Positions 22,999 to 32,991 of a DNA stretch of 64,000 nt are shown here, one piece after another (the stretch's first letter is position 1; each line of letters opens with the position of its first letter). Source of the stretch: an uncultured Clostridia bacterium. GTDB taxonomy: Bacteria > Bacillota > Clostridia > TANB77 > CAG-465. The stretch lies in the NCBI GenBank assembly GCA_947626975.1, contig CANQUF010000004.1:9907-73906 (forward strand), written 5' to 3'. The position numbers and the translations under genes are program-made. Below the pieces are notes generated by a model. It ran no database searches and was not told the DNA's origin. It saw only the letters and a program-made list of their open reading frames with translations.

Positions 22999-24309
22999 AT
23001 GAATAAAAATGAAAAACTAAATGATAAAAATGAAAATGAAGTTAAACAAAAGCTAACTAGAACAAGAATAACTGAAGATAAGAAAGAAATAATAGAAGAA
23101 TTTCTTAAAAATAATGTAAAAGATAATAAAATTGCATATAAAGATATGGTAAAATTTTTAGATAATGAAAATTTTACAACTGATCAGGTGGCTAAAATAT
23201 ATGATAGTTTAGCTGATAGAAATTTAGAAATTATTATGGATGATGATAAGTTAGAAGATCAAGGAAATGAATTAATAAAAAATAACGATAAAGTAGTACT
23301 AGATAATGTAGATGAGCTAGAGGATCAAGATATTGAAATAGATACAGTACCACTTGAGGATACTTCTTCATTATCAGAGTTAGAAATAGAACCTAATTTA
23401 GAAGATATTAGCAAAATAGAAAAAGATATCTTGCTTGACGATATAAAAGATATGTCTTTTGTAGAAAATTTAAATGTTGATGATCCTGTAAAAATGTTTT
23501 TAAAAGAAATAGGAAAAATAAAATTGTTAACATTTGAAGAAGAAAATCAACTTGCTGAAAGAATGGTAAATGGAGATAAAGAGGCAAAGAGACAATTAAT
23601 TGAATCAAATCTAAGATTAGTAGTAAGTATTGCTAAAAAGTATATAGGTAGAGGTATGAATTTTTTAGATTTAATTCAAGAAGGAAACTTAGGATTAATA
23701 AAAGCAGTAGATAAATTTGATCAATCAAAAGGTTATAAATTTAGTACTTATGCCACTTGGTGGATTAGGCAAGCAATCACAAGATCTATAGCAGATCAAG
23801 CAAGAACTATAAGAATACCAGTACATATGGTAGAAACTATAAATAAATTAATTAGAACTTCAAGACATCTTCTTCAAATGTTAGGCAGAGAACCAACTCC
23901 TGAAGAAATAGCAGCTGAGTTGGAAATGCCAGTAGAAAAAGTAAAAGAAGTGTTAAAAATAGCACAAGATCCTATTTCACTTGAAACACCTGTTGGTGAA
24001 GAAGATGAAAGTAATTTAGGTAATTTTATTCCTGATGAAGATGCTCCATCTCCTTCTGAGCAAGCTGCTGATGTATTGTTAAGAGAACATATAGAAGATG
24101 TAATGCAAACACTTACTCCAAGAGAGGCAAAAGTATTAAAGTTAAGGTTTGGACTACAAGATGGTCGTATGAGAACGTTAGAAGAAGTAGGTAAAGAGTT
24201 TCAAGTAACAAGAGAGCGTATAAGGCAAATTGAAGCAAAAGCATTAAGGAAATTAAGACATCCAAGTAGAAGTAAAAAATTGAAAGATTTTATGAATTCT
24301 GAGGATTAG
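22999..24309 (+). CDS. sigA: RNA polymerase primary sigma factor
   Basis: Acidic region 1, region 2 [13 protein letters not shown], region 4 [20 protein letters not shown]. Confidence 0.95.
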   Translation: MNKNEKLNDKNENEVKQKLTRTRITEDKKEIIEEFLKNNVKDNKIAYKDMVKFLDNENFTTDQVAKIYDSLADRNLEIIMDDDKLEDQGNELIKNNDKVVLDNVDELEDQDIEIDTVPLEDTSSLSELEIEPNLEDISKIEKDILLDDIKDMSFVENLNVDDPVKMFLKEIGKIKLLTFEEENQLAERMVNGDKEAKRQLIESNLRLVVSIAKKYIGRGMNFLDLIQEGNLGLIKAVDKFDQSKGYKFSTYATWWIRQAITRSIADQARTIRIPVHMVETINKLIRTSRHLLQMLGREPTPEEIAAELEMPVEKVKEVLKIAQDPISLETPVGEEDESNLGNFIPDEDAPSPSEQAADVLLREHIEDVMQTLTPREAKVLKLRFGLQDGRMRTLEEVGKEFQVTRERIRQIEAKALRKLRHPSRSKKLKDFMNSED

Positions 24310-24516
24310 GAAAAAATATAACTTTTAAAAGTATATATAAAATTTATATTTAAAATATATTGTATAATATTTTTAACCTATATTTTAGCATAAAAATAAT
24401 TAAAGATTTATGTATAATATTTAAAAAAATACAAATTATAATAGTAAGTACATTATTTATTCTGTACTTATAAAATATATAATTATACTATGTAGTTATA
24501 TAGTATAATTATTACG

Positions 24517-24556
24517 ATACAGATGGATTATTTCTCTTCCATCTGTATTTTTTTAT
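24517..24556 (+). terminator. intrinsic terminator after sigA
   Basis: Perfect 11-bp stem atacagatgga/tccatctgtat plus a T-run. Two further hairpins precede it (24444-24470, 24478-24515). Confidence 0.8.
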
Positions 24557-24682
24557 ACAGTTTTAGATTGTATATTAATAATTTACTATAATACTATATT
24601 ATATAATTAATTTATAAATAAAATTAATTTATAGTGTAAATTCAGATTTAGATTTATTAATGAATAGATTTTTAAAAAAAAA

Positions 24683-24699
24683 TTGACTTTTTCTGACTA
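24683..24699 (-). promoter_or_regulatory. second, imperfect CtsR box (inverted orientation) overlapping a TTGACT -35
   Basis: The reverse complement reads AGTCAGA-AAA-AGTCAAT against consensus (A/G)GTCAAA-NAN-(A/G)GTCAAA, with one mismatch per heptad. Confidence 0.45.
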
Positions 24700-24714
24700 T
24701 TTTTTAAAATTATA

Positions 24715-24765
24715 TTGACAATATAAAATAAAGTGATATAATATTAATAGTCAAAGAAAGTCAAA
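24715..24765 (+). promoter_or_regulatory. ctsR operon promoter with a consensus CtsR operator
   Basis: TTGACA (24715-20), a 16-nt spacer, extended -10 TGaTATAAT (24734-42), then the direct heptad repeat AGTCAAA-GAA-AGTCAAA (24749-65). Confidence 0.75.
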
Positions 24766-24786
24766 ATCAAAAAAGAAGGTGATTAA

Positions 24787-25231
24787 GTGAAAATATCTGA
24801 TTTAATAGAAGAATATATTAACGATATTTTTGAAAGAAATGAAGTAGTAGAGTTAAATAGAAGTAGTCTTGCAGAAATGTTTAACTGTGTACCATCCCAA
24901 ATAAATTATGTCATATCTACAAGGTTTATTCCAGAACTTGGATTTTATGTAGAAAGTAGGAGAGGTGGAGGACGGATATATAAAAATAAGTAGAGTTAAC
25001 TCTAATAAGCAAGATTATGTATCTAATATAGCACAGAAAATAGGTAGTAAATTGTCACAAAGTGTCGTAGATATTTACTTAGATAATTTTATGAGATATA
25101 ATTTATTAGATAAAAAAACAGCATCACTTTTAAAAGTTTTGCTTTCAGATAAAAGTTTAGCAAAAGTAGATAAACACAAAAGAGATGAAGTAAGAGCTGA
25201 TATGTTAAAATGTATAGTAGTTAATATATAG
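24787..25231 (+). pseudogene. ctsR: class III stress-gene repressor CtsR, reading frame broken in the tetraglycine loop
   Basis: ORF1 ends ...CVPSQINYVISTRF...VESRRGGG-RIYKNK*. The +1 frame continues GYIKISRVNS... to 25231. Skipping C24973 restores the consensus ESRRGGGGYIKI. Confidence 0.85.
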
Positions 25232-25242
25232 GGAGTGATTAT

Positions 25243-25743
25243 ATGAAATGTCAAAGTTGTGGAAAGAAAGAAGCAGTTGTAAGATATTCTGAGAATATAA
25301 ATGGTAAAAAACAAGAATTGCATTTTTGTATGGATTGTGCTAAAAAATTAGGATTTGTTAATTTTTCAAATATATTTAGTCCACTATTTTCTGATGTACC
25401 AGAATTTTTAGATGAATTTAGTAATGAAGATAAATTAGTATGTAAAAAATGTGGATATAGCCTTGAAAAATATATGTCTACTGGCTTATTTGGTTGCCCA
25501 GAATGCTATGATACTTTTTCTGATAGATTAGATAATATATTAATTAAAATACAAGGAAAAAATAGACATATAAATGAAGGAAATATTAATAAAAAAGGTT
25601 ATAATAAAACTAATAAAGACAATAAAGTAAATGAATTAGATGAACTTAAGATAAAATTAAAACAATTAGTAGAAGAAGAAAAGTATGAAGAGGCGGCAGT
25701 TATAAGAGATAAAATTAGAGATATTGAAGGGAAGAAGGGCTAA
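25243..25743 (+). CDS. mcsA: McsA (Zn-finger/UVR-motif activator of McsB)
   Basis: CxxC pairs (CQSCGKK...CMDCAKK; CKKCGYS...CPECYD) and a C-terminal UVR motif EEEKYEEAAVIRDKIRDIE. Confidence 0.85.
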   Translation: MKCQSCGKKEAVVRYSENINGKKQELHFCMDCAKKLGFVNFSNIFSPLFSDVPEFLDEFSNEDKLVCKKCGYSLEKYMSTGLFGCPECYDTFSDRLDNILIKIQGKNRHINEGNINKKGYNKTNKDNKVNELDELKIKLKQLVEEEKYEEAAVIRDKIRDIEGKKG

Positions 25744-25746
25744 TTT

Positions 25747-26742
25747 ATGTGGTATTATAAAACATCTAAGGATTCTGATGTAGTAATTTCAACTAGAGTT
25801 AGATTTGCAAGAAATATAGAAAGAAATAAATTTCCAAATGAAATAGATAAAGAAGAATTTGATAATATATATAGTTTGTTACAAAAATCAATTAATAGAG
25901 ATGAATATGATATATTTAAGTTATCAGATATAGATGATATTACTATTTGTAGTTTAGTTGAAAAACATCTAATTTCAAAAGAGTTTGCAAATAAAGGTAA
26001 AATGGGAGGAATTATAACAAATAAAGATAATACATTGGTTGCTATGATAAATGAAGAGGATCATTTAAGAATTCAATCATTCGATTGTGGACTTAATATA
26101 CAAGAATGTTATAATAAATTAAAATCATTTCATGATGAATTAGAAAATAAAGTAGGATTTGCTAAGAATGATAAATATGGATATTTAACTGCATGCCCAA
26201 CTAATCTTGGTACTGGAATGAGAGTATCTGTTATGGTACATCTTCCAGCACTTGCAAAACTTGGAATACTAAACAAATTAATTGAAGATATTGCTTCAGC
26301 TGGATTTTCTGTAAGAGGCCTATATGGTGAAAATACACAAGGTTATGGTAATATGTATCAAATATCTAATAAGTATACTTTAGGAATTACTCAAAAAGAA
26401 ATATTATCTAAAATAGAAGAGATTATAAATTTAGTTATATTTCAAGAAAGGAAGGCACGAAATATTTTAAAAGAAAGTAGTATATACCTTAGTAATGAAG
26501 TATATAGAGCATATGGAATATTAAAAAATGCAAGAATTATATCAGATGATGAATCATTAAAATTGTTATCTAAGTTAAGACTAGGAGTAGCTATAGGAAT
26601 TGTTAATGAGGTAAGTCTTAATAAAATTGATACATTAATTATAAATACAAAATCAAATACATTAAAATTAATTTTAAAAGAAGATTTTGATAAAGAAGAG
26701 GAAGATATAAAAAGAGGAGATTATATAAGAAAGGAGATATAG
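25747..26742 (+). CDS. mcsB: protein arginine kinase McsB
   Basis: Guanido-kinase motifs EEDHLRIQ and [10 protein letters not shown]. Confidence 0.9.
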   Translation: MWYYKTSKDSDVVISTRVRFARNIERNKFPNEIDKEEFDNIYSLLQKSINRDEYDIFKLSDIDDITICSLVEKHLISKEFANKGKMGGIITNKDNTLVAMINEEDHLRIQSFDCGLNIQECYNKLKSFHDELENKVGFAKNDKYGYLTACPTNLGTGMRVSVMVHLPALAKLGILNKLIEDIASAGFSVRGLYGENTQGYGNMYQISNKYTLGITQKEILSKIEEIINLVIFQERKARNILKESSIYLSNEVYRAYGILKNARIISDDESLKLLSKLRLGVAIGIVNEVSLNKIDTLIINTKSNTLKLILKEDFDKEEEDIKRGDYIRKEI

Positions 26743-26746
26743 TAAT

Positions 26747-29161
26747 ATGTATGAATTTACAGGTAGAGCTGCAAAGGTTCTAGAAATTGCAAAAGATTTT
26801 TCAGTAAGTCATAATTATTCTTTTATTGGAACAGAACATATTTTATATGGACTTATAAAAGAAGGAGAAGGACTTGCAAGTAAAATATTGTTATCTCAAG
26901 GACTAAAAGCTGAATATGTGGAAAATGAAATAATTAAAATAGACGGAGTTATGAATACTTTAGAAGATAGTGTAGATTTTACACCGCGTGCTAAAAGGAT
27001 AATAGAAAACAGTGCTAAAGAGGCAAAACGTATGGGGCAAAATTATGTTGGAACAGAACATTTATTATTATCGCTTATGCGTGAAATAGATAGTGTAGCA
27101 GTAAGAATATTAATTGATGCAAATATAGATCCACAAAAAATATTTGCTGATTTAATTAGACTTCTTAGTGAAGATTCACCAGTAACTTATTATTCTGATA
27201 GTAGTATATCAGATACAAATACACCTACATTAAATCAATATGGAAAAGATTTAACAAATCTTGCAAAAGATTCTAAACTAGATCCTGTTATTGGAAGGAA
27301 TAATGAAATACAAAGAATTATTGAAATATTAAGCAGGAGAACTAAAAATAATCCTGTACTTATTGGTGAACCAGGTGTAGGAAAAACTGCCGTTGTTGAA
27401 GGACTAGCACAAATGATAGTTGCTTCTAAAGTACCAGAAATTTTAAGGAATAAAAGAGTAGTATCTTTAAATATGTCTTCTATGATTGCCGGTGCAAAAT
27501 ATAGAGGTGATTTTGAAGAAAGATTAAAGAATGTTTTACAAGAAATACAAAAATCAGGTAATGTAATATTATTTATTGATGAATTACACACAATAATGGG
27601 AGCTGGAGCAGCTGAGGGGGCAATGGATGCAGCAAATATATTAAAGCCACTTTTATCAAGAGGAGAAGTACAAATAATTGGTGCTACAACTTTAAATGAA
27701 TATAGGAAGTATATAGAAAAAGATGCAGCATTAGAAAGACGTTTTCAGAGTGTTGTAGTAGATGAGCCAGATATAGATGATACAATAAAGATATTAGAAG
27801 GACTAAAAGATAAATATGAGGCACATCATAAGGTAAAAATAACTGAAAGTGCAATAAAAGCAGCAGTTATATTATCAGAGAGATATATAAATGATAGATT
27901 CTTACCAGATAAAGCTATAGATTTAATTGATGAAGCATGTTCAAAAATAAAATTAAAAACAGTTACAATGCCTGAAGAAATAGTAGATATGGAGAAAAAG
28001 TTAGAAAAAATTTCTAAAGAAAAAGAGGAGTCAATTATATCTCAAAATTTTGAACTTTCTGCTAGTTTAAGAGATGAAGAAAAAAGAATTAAGATGGACA
28101 TAGAAAAAAGAAAAGATAAATGGAATAAGAGCGAAAAAAATAAAGAATCTAGTGTTACAGAGCAAGATATAGCAGAAGTTGTATCATCTTGGACTAAAAT
28201 ACCAGTTACTAAGCTTACTAAAAGCGAATCAGAAAAACTAAAAAATTTAGATATATCATTAAAAAATAGAGTTATTGGTCAAGATGAAGCAGTAGATTCA
28301 TTGTCAAGAGCAATAAAAAGGGGAAGAGTTGGACTTCAAGATGAGAATAGACCAATAGGTTCATTTATATTTTTAGGTCCAACAGGTGTAGGAAAAACGG
28401 AGCTTACAAAAGCACTTGCAGAAAATTTATTTGGAAATGAAAATTCTCTTATAAGGTTTGATATGTCTGAATATATGGAACCACATAGCGTGTCTAAATT
28501 AATAGGAGCACCTCCTGGATATGTAGGTTATGATGAAGGAGGAAAACTTACAGAACAAGTAAGACGTAAACCATATAGTATAATATTATTTGATGAAATA
28601 GAAAAGGCACATCCTGATGTATTTAATATATTATTACAAATACTTGATGATGGAAGACTTACTGATTCAAATGGAAGAACTGTAAATTTTAAGAATACTG
28701 TAATTATAATGACTTCAAATGCTGGTGCAAGAAATATAGTTGAAAACCATACAATAGGTTTTGTAAATAGTGATGACAGTAAAAAAGATTATGAAAAGAC
28801 AAAAAAACAAGTTATGGATGAATTAAAAAGAACATTTAGACCAGAATTTTTAAATAGGTTAGATGATATAATAGTATTTAGGAAATTAGATAAAGAAAGT
28901 ATATCTAAAATAACAAAATTAATGTTAGATGAATTTGCAAAAAGATTAACTACTAAGAATATATCAGTTGAATTTTCTGATAATGTTATAGAATATATAA
29001 GTAAAAATGGATTTGATGAAGTATATGGTGCAAGACCTTTAAGAAGAGCTATTCAAACCAATATTGAGGATAAGTTTGCAGAAGAAATGCTTGATGGAAA
29101 TATAAAAGAAAATAGTAAAGTAAAAGTAGATGTAAAAGATGATAAAATAGTTATTATGTAA
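26747..29161 (+). CDS. clpC: ATP-dependent Clp protease ATP-binding subunit ClpC
   Basis: Two Clp_N repeats, Walker A GEPGVGKT and GPTGVGKT, and a middle UVR-like coil; 804 aa. Confidence 0.95.
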   Translation: MYEFTGRAAKVLEIAKDFSVSHNYSFIGTEHILYGLIKEGEGLASKILLSQGLKAEYVENEIIKIDGVMNTLEDSVDFTPRAKRIIENSAKEAKRMGQNYVGTEHLLLSLMREIDSVAVRILIDANIDPQKIFADLIRLLSEDSPVTYYSDSSISDTNTPTLNQYGKDLTNLAKDSKLDPVIGRNNEIQRIIEILSRRTKNNPVLIGEPGVGKTAVVEGLAQMIVASKVPEILRNKRVVSLNMSSMIAGAKYRGDFEERLKNVLQEIQKSGNVILFIDELHTIMGAGAAEGAMDAANILKPLLSRGEVQIIGATTLNEYRKYIEKDAALERRFQSVVVDEPDIDDTIKILEGLKDKYEAHHKVKITESAIKAAVILSERYINDRFLPDKAIDLIDEACSKIKLKTVTMPEEIVDMEKKLEKISKEKEESIISQNFELSASLRDEEKRIKMDIEKRKDKWNKSEKNKESSVTEQDIAEVVSSWTKIPVTKLTKSESEKLKNLDISLKNRVIGQDEAVDSLSRAIKRGRVGLQDENRPIGSFIFLGPTGVGKTELTKALAENLFGNENSLIRFDMSEYMEPHSVSKLIGAPPGYVGYDEGGKLTEQVRRKPYSIILFDEIEKAHPDVFNILLQILDDGRLTDSNGRTVNFKNTVIIMTSNAGARNIVENHTIGFVNSDDSKKDYEKTKKQVMDELKRTFRPEFLNRLDDIIVFRKLDKESISKITKLMLDEFAKRLTTKNISVEFSDNVIEYISKNGFDEVYGARPLRRAIQTNIEDKFAEEMLDGNIKENSKVKVDVKDDKIVIM

Positions 29162-29170
29162 TTTTATAAA

Positions 29171-29207
29171 AGTAGAATATAGCAAAAGCACTATATTCTA
29201 CTTTTTG
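29171..29207 (+). terminator. intrinsic terminator after clpC
   Basis: Perfect 12-bp stem agtagaatatag/ctatattctact plus T5. Confidence 0.8.
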
Positions 29208-29277
29208 CTATATAAAAATATGATAAAAATGTAATATATTTATAACAAAAATATAATATGGAATTAATTATGAAAAC

Positions 29278-29310
29278 TTGACATTTTTTTTTTTTAGTGT
29301 ATGCTATAAT
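29278..29310 (+). promoter_or_regulatory. candidate promoter of the LRR gene with a T12 tract in the spacer
   Basis: TTGACA (29278-83), T12 (29284-95), then TATGCT at a 16-nt spacing or TATAAT at a 21-nt spacing. Confidence 0.4.
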
Positions 29311-29455
29311 TGTTATTTCAGAATTTGTCATATTTTGTCGAATAAAATATATAACAAAAACACAATATATTTAAAAAGCTAAAAAGATGGTATATAAATA
29401 ATATATAGACAGAAAATAAAAATGTCAGTCTTGGAATAACAGAAAGAGGTAGAAT

Positions 29456-31669
29456 ATGAAAAGGAAAATAATAATTTCAATATTTATATTTTTTATTGCA
29501 ATATTTACAACTGTTGTAGCTTTTAATAAAATATATGCAGATGAAGCTTTAGAAGAAATAAAATTTGAAGATGAAAAATTATATGTAGCAGTAAAAGAAG
29601 AATTGAATAATCAAGGAAGAAAATATGAAGATAGTCATGAAAAAAATACTATAAAAATGGCTAGCAATGAAATAGGAAAAGTAACAACCCTTTCACTTAA
29701 GAATAAAGGAATTTCTGACATGTCAGGGATTGGAAGTTTTACAAGTTTATATAATTTAGATTTGAGCCACAATAATATAACAGAAATAAAAGTATTAGAA
29801 AGTTTGGAAAATTTAAGAATTTTAAGTTTAAATAATAACAATATAACAGATATATCAGAATTAGGAAAATTAACAAGTTTAATGAGCTTAAGTTTAGGTA
29901 ATAATAATATAACAGAAATAAAAGTATTAGAAAGTTTGAAAAATTTAATATCTTTAAGTTTAGATAATAATAATATAAAAGATTTATCAGAATTAGGGAA
30001 ATTAACAAGTTTATATACTTTAGTTTTAAATAATAATAATATAACAGACTTATCAGTTTTAACATCTTTACAATCTTTACAACTATTATATTTAGATTCT
30101 ACAAATATAACAGATATATCAAAATTAAGAAGTTTGACAAATTTAACATATTTAAGTTTAAATAACAATAATATAACAGATTTATCAGTTTTAATATCTT
30201 TACCAAAATTAAAAGAATTATATTTAGACTCTACAAATATAACAGATTTATCAGAATTAGAAAATTTAGAAAATTTAGAAACTTTAAGTTTAAATAATAA
30301 TAATAATATGACAGATTTATCAGTTTTAACATCTTTACCAAAATTAAAAAAATTATATTTAGACTCTACAAATATAACAGATATATCAAAATTAGAAAGT
30401 TTAACAAATTTAGAAATTTTAAGTTTAAATAATGATAATATGACAGATTTATCAGTTTTAAAATCTTTACCAAAATTAAAAAATTTATATTTAGATTCTA
30501 CAAATATAACAGATTTATCAAAATTAGAAAGTTTAGAAAATTTAGAAACTTTAAGTTTAAATAATGATAATATGACTGATTTATCAGTTTTAAAATCTTT
30601 TCAAAATTTAAATGAATTATATTTAAAATCTAACGGTATAACAGATATATCAGATTTAGCAAATTTAACAAAGTTAACAAAATTAGATTTAAGTAACAAT
30701 AAAATAACTGATATATCTAAGCTTGAGAACTTAGTTAATTTAACAGATTTAGATTTAAGTTCAAATAAAATAGATGATGCTACAGTTATAGATACAAATT
30801 TAAAAAATTTAACTAATTTATCAATTGAAAATCAAAAGTTATATTTATCTGCAAGTAAAAAGTTAGAATTACCTAAAATATTTTTGCAATCACAAGACGA
30901 AAGTAGCAAATTACATACAAATTCAGTTTTTAACTTAGAAAATTGTACTTTAAGTGATGATAAAAAAAGTGTTGTAATAGGTGAGGATAAAAATACAGCA
31001 ACAGTTAAAATAACTGATGGAAATGCTAAAGATACATTGCTAACTATTAATATAGTAGATCCATTAGAACTTAGTTTAAGTAAAACACCAAATGAAATTA
31101 CAAAAGAAAATGTAGAAGTTACAATAACATCAAATAAAGAGATAAATGAAGAAAATGTACCTGATGGATGGACTTTATCAGAAGATAAAAAGAAACTTAC
31201 AAAAGAATATGATAAAAATGCAGAGGAGACAGTAACTGTAACAGATACAAATGGAGAAAAAGAAGAAGTACTTGTAAAAGTAGATAATATAGATAAAGAA
31301 GCACCACAAGTAGAATATACTAAAAAAGAAAATGATAATGGAAGTGTAGATATATTTTTAACAGTAATTGATGAAAATGTAGATAAAGACCAAGTAATAC
31401 AAGGCTGGGAAAAAGTAGAAGAACAAAGTCAGGATAATAAAATAGTGTATAAAAAAACATATACAGATAGAATAGATGAAGAAATAATTATAAAAGATTT
31501 AGCAGGAAATGAAAAAAAGATAAGTATAAAAGAAGAAAAAGAAAATACGGATAATAGCAACAATCCATTTACAGGAGATACATTAATATATTTATCAATA
31601 GCTTTATTATTAGGAATAAGTGTTATGGCTATATCAACTAGATATTTAAAGAAAATAAACAATAAATAA
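29456..31669 (+). CDS. internalin-like leucine-rich-repeat surface protein with a wall-sorting-type C-terminus
   Basis: Signal peptide, about 17 LRRs of 22 aa (LxxLxxLxLxxNNITDLSxL), Ig-like spacer region, then NPFTGD + TM + RYLKKINNK tail. Confidence 0.85.
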   Translation: MKRKIIISIFIFFIAIFTTVVAFNKIYADEALEEIKFEDEKLYVAVKEELNNQGRKYEDSHEKNTIKMASNEIGKVTTLSLKNKGISDMSGIGSFTSLYNLDLSHNNITEIKVLESLENLRILSLNNNNITDISELGKLTSLMSLSLGNNNITEIKVLESLKNLISLSLDNNNIKDLSELGKLTSLYTLVLNNNNITDLSVLTSLQSLQLLYLDSTNITDISKLRSLTNLTYLSLNNNNITDLSVLISLPKLKELYLDSTNITDLSELENLENLETLSLNNNNNMTDLSVLTSLPKLKKLYLDSTNITDISKLESLTNLEILSLNNDNMTDLSVLKSLPKLKNLYLDSTNITDLSKLESLENLETLSLNNDNMTDLSVLKSFQNLNELYLKSNGITDISDLANLTKLTKLDLSNNKITDISKLENLVNLTDLDLSSNKIDDATVIDTNLKNLTNLSIENQKLYLSASKKLELPKIFLQSQDESSKLHTNSVFNLENCTLSDDKKSVVIGEDKNTATVKITDGNAKDTLLTINIVDPLELSLSKTPNEITKENVEVTITSNKEINEENVPDGWTLSEDKKKLTKEYDKNAEETVTVTDTNGEKEEVLVKVDNIDKEAPQVEYTKKENDNGSVDIFLTVIDENVDKDQVIQGWEKVEEQSQDNKIVYKKTYTDRIDEEIIIKDLAGNEKKISIKEEKENTDNSNNPFTGDTLIYLSIALLLGISVMAISTRYLKKINNK
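29690..30800 (+). repeat. in-frame 66-nt LRR periodicity with near-identical 132-nt super-repeats
   Basis: For example, units at about 30290, 30422 and 30554 are nearly identical by eye. Confidence 0.8.
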
Positions 31670-31696
31670 TAAAAAATAAATAATAAATAATAAATA

Positions 31697-31735
31697 AAAC
31701 AATTATAGATAAAAACGATCTATAGTTGTTTTTTA
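31697..31735 (+). terminator. intrinsic terminator after the LRR gene
   Basis: 14-bp stem aaacaattatagat/atctatagttgttt (one G-U pair) plus T-run. Confidence 0.7.
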
Positions 31736-31862
31736 TATAAATATTAGTTGAAAATAATCTATTAAAGTTTAATTTATTTTATCCATAAAAATTTAGTATT
31801 AAGTTTAATATAGTTTGAATATATAAACATATTTTGTAAATAATACATATTAGGTGAAACTA

Positions 31863-32306
31863 ATGGGAAAAATAGATGATGAATTTGAATATTTGGAATA
31901 TGAATATAAAAATTTACAAATAAATATACAAAATGTAAAACAAATTATTAATATAACTAAAAAATTAAATGATAAAATAGTTGATATATTAAAATTAAAA
32001 GTAGAAGAATATAGAAAATGTATGACATCTATAAAAAAAATGCTTGAAAGAAGAAAGAAAAAAATAGAAGAGCCTGGGTTATTTAATAAAGTTGCTACGT
32101 CAATGAGTGTAAAGCTTAATATAAAAGAAGATGAAGAAAAAAATAATTTAATAGATATAATAATTCAGGGATGTAATTTTAACATAAATTCATTAAATAA
32201 AAAATTTGATGAAGTAAATATAACATCTAAAACTATAATAAAATTAAAAAATAGGATAATTAATATTGAAGAAAATTGTATTGATTCTCTAAAAAGGTTA
32301 TATTAA
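31863..32306 (+). CDS. hypothetical coiled-coil protein
   Basis: RBS aggtga 6 nt before ATG 31863. Lys/Glu/Ile/Asn-rich heptad-like sequence; no motif. Confidence 0.4.
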   Translation: MGKIDDEFEYLEYEYKNLQINIQNVKQIINITKKLNDKIVDILKLKVEEYRKCMTSIKKMLERRKKKIEEPGLFNKVATSMSVKLNIKEDEEKNNLIDIIIQGCNFNINSLNKKFDEVNITSKTIIKLKNRIINIEENCIDSLKRLY

Positions 32307-32352
32307 ATATTAACAAATGTATAAAAATTACATAAATTTTTTAAAATATCTA

Positions 32353-32381
32353 TTGCAAAATATGACTAAATGTAGTATACT
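32353..32381 (+). promoter_or_regulatory. promoter of the rimP-nusA-infB operon
   Basis: TTGCAA, 17 nt, TATACT. Confidence 0.5.
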
Positions 32382-32398
32382 ATTAGTACTAAGCTAGG

Positions 32399-32424
32399 GT
32401 GAGAGGGTGTAAAAATCCTCTCAC
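32399..32424 (+). promoter_or_regulatory. leader hairpin upstream of rimP
   Basis: Perfect 8-bp GC-containing stem gtgagagg/cctctcac with a 10-nt loop, about 10 nt after the predicted transcription start. Confidence 0.35.
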
Positions 32425-32448
32425 TTAAGTTTAATAGTAGGTGAATTT

Positions 32449-32964
32449 ATGAAGAAAGATGTCGAAAATACTATTACAGAAAATATATTACCAAAAGTAA
32501 AAGAACTTGGTTTTGATATAGAATATGTAGAATTTGTAAAAGAAGGAAATCAAAATATCTTAAGAGTTGTTATAGATAAAATAAACTCTAGTATAAATAT
32601 TGATGATTGCGAACTTGTAAGTCGTAGTATTGAAAATATAATAGATAAATATATTAAAATAGAATATTTATTAGAGGTATCATCACCAGGACTTGAAAGA
32701 CAATTAAAGAATATGTCACTATACAAAAAATATATTGGTAATGAAATATATGTAAAATTATTTGAAAAAGTAAATAATAAAAAAGAAATAGAAGGTACAT
32801 TAGAAAGTGTTGATGAAGAAAATAATTGCATTGTTGTAATAAATAAAGATAGTGAATTTAATATTAATATAAATAATATTACAAATGCACACACAATTTA
32901 TAATTTTTCAAAAGAATTAGAAGATAGTGATAATGTTAATATAAATGAATTAAAGAAATTTTAG
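32449..32964 (+). CDS. rimP: ribosome maturation factor RimP
   Basis: LEVSSPGLERQLK motif; positioned before nusA. Confidence 0.85.
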   Translation: MKKDVENTITENILPKVKELGFDIEYVEFVKEGNQNILRVVIDKINSSINIDDCELVSRSIENIIDKYIKIEYLLEVSSPGLERQLKNMSLYKKYIGNEIYVKLFEKVNNKKEIEGTLESVDEENNCIVVINKDSEFNININNITNAHTIYNFSKELEDSDNVNINELKKF

Positions 32965-32991
32965 TTATATGATATTGTAGGGGGAATAAAA

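Noticed and set aside
24965-25231. GTG 24965 as an independent start for a separate C-terminal half of CtsR
   Set aside because: The apparent SD (AGGAG) is only about 3 nt from the GTG and is simply the Arg-Gly coding run. Homology shows that the two halves form one protein interrupted by a single extra nucleotide.
29690-30800. Regular ~66-nt periodicity that could be mistaken for a CRISPR array (likewise the 9-nt periodicity at 63000-63880)
   Set aside because: Both periodicities lie in frame inside long ORFs and encode LRR and collagen GXY repeats. They have no repeat-spacer structure, and no cas genes are present.
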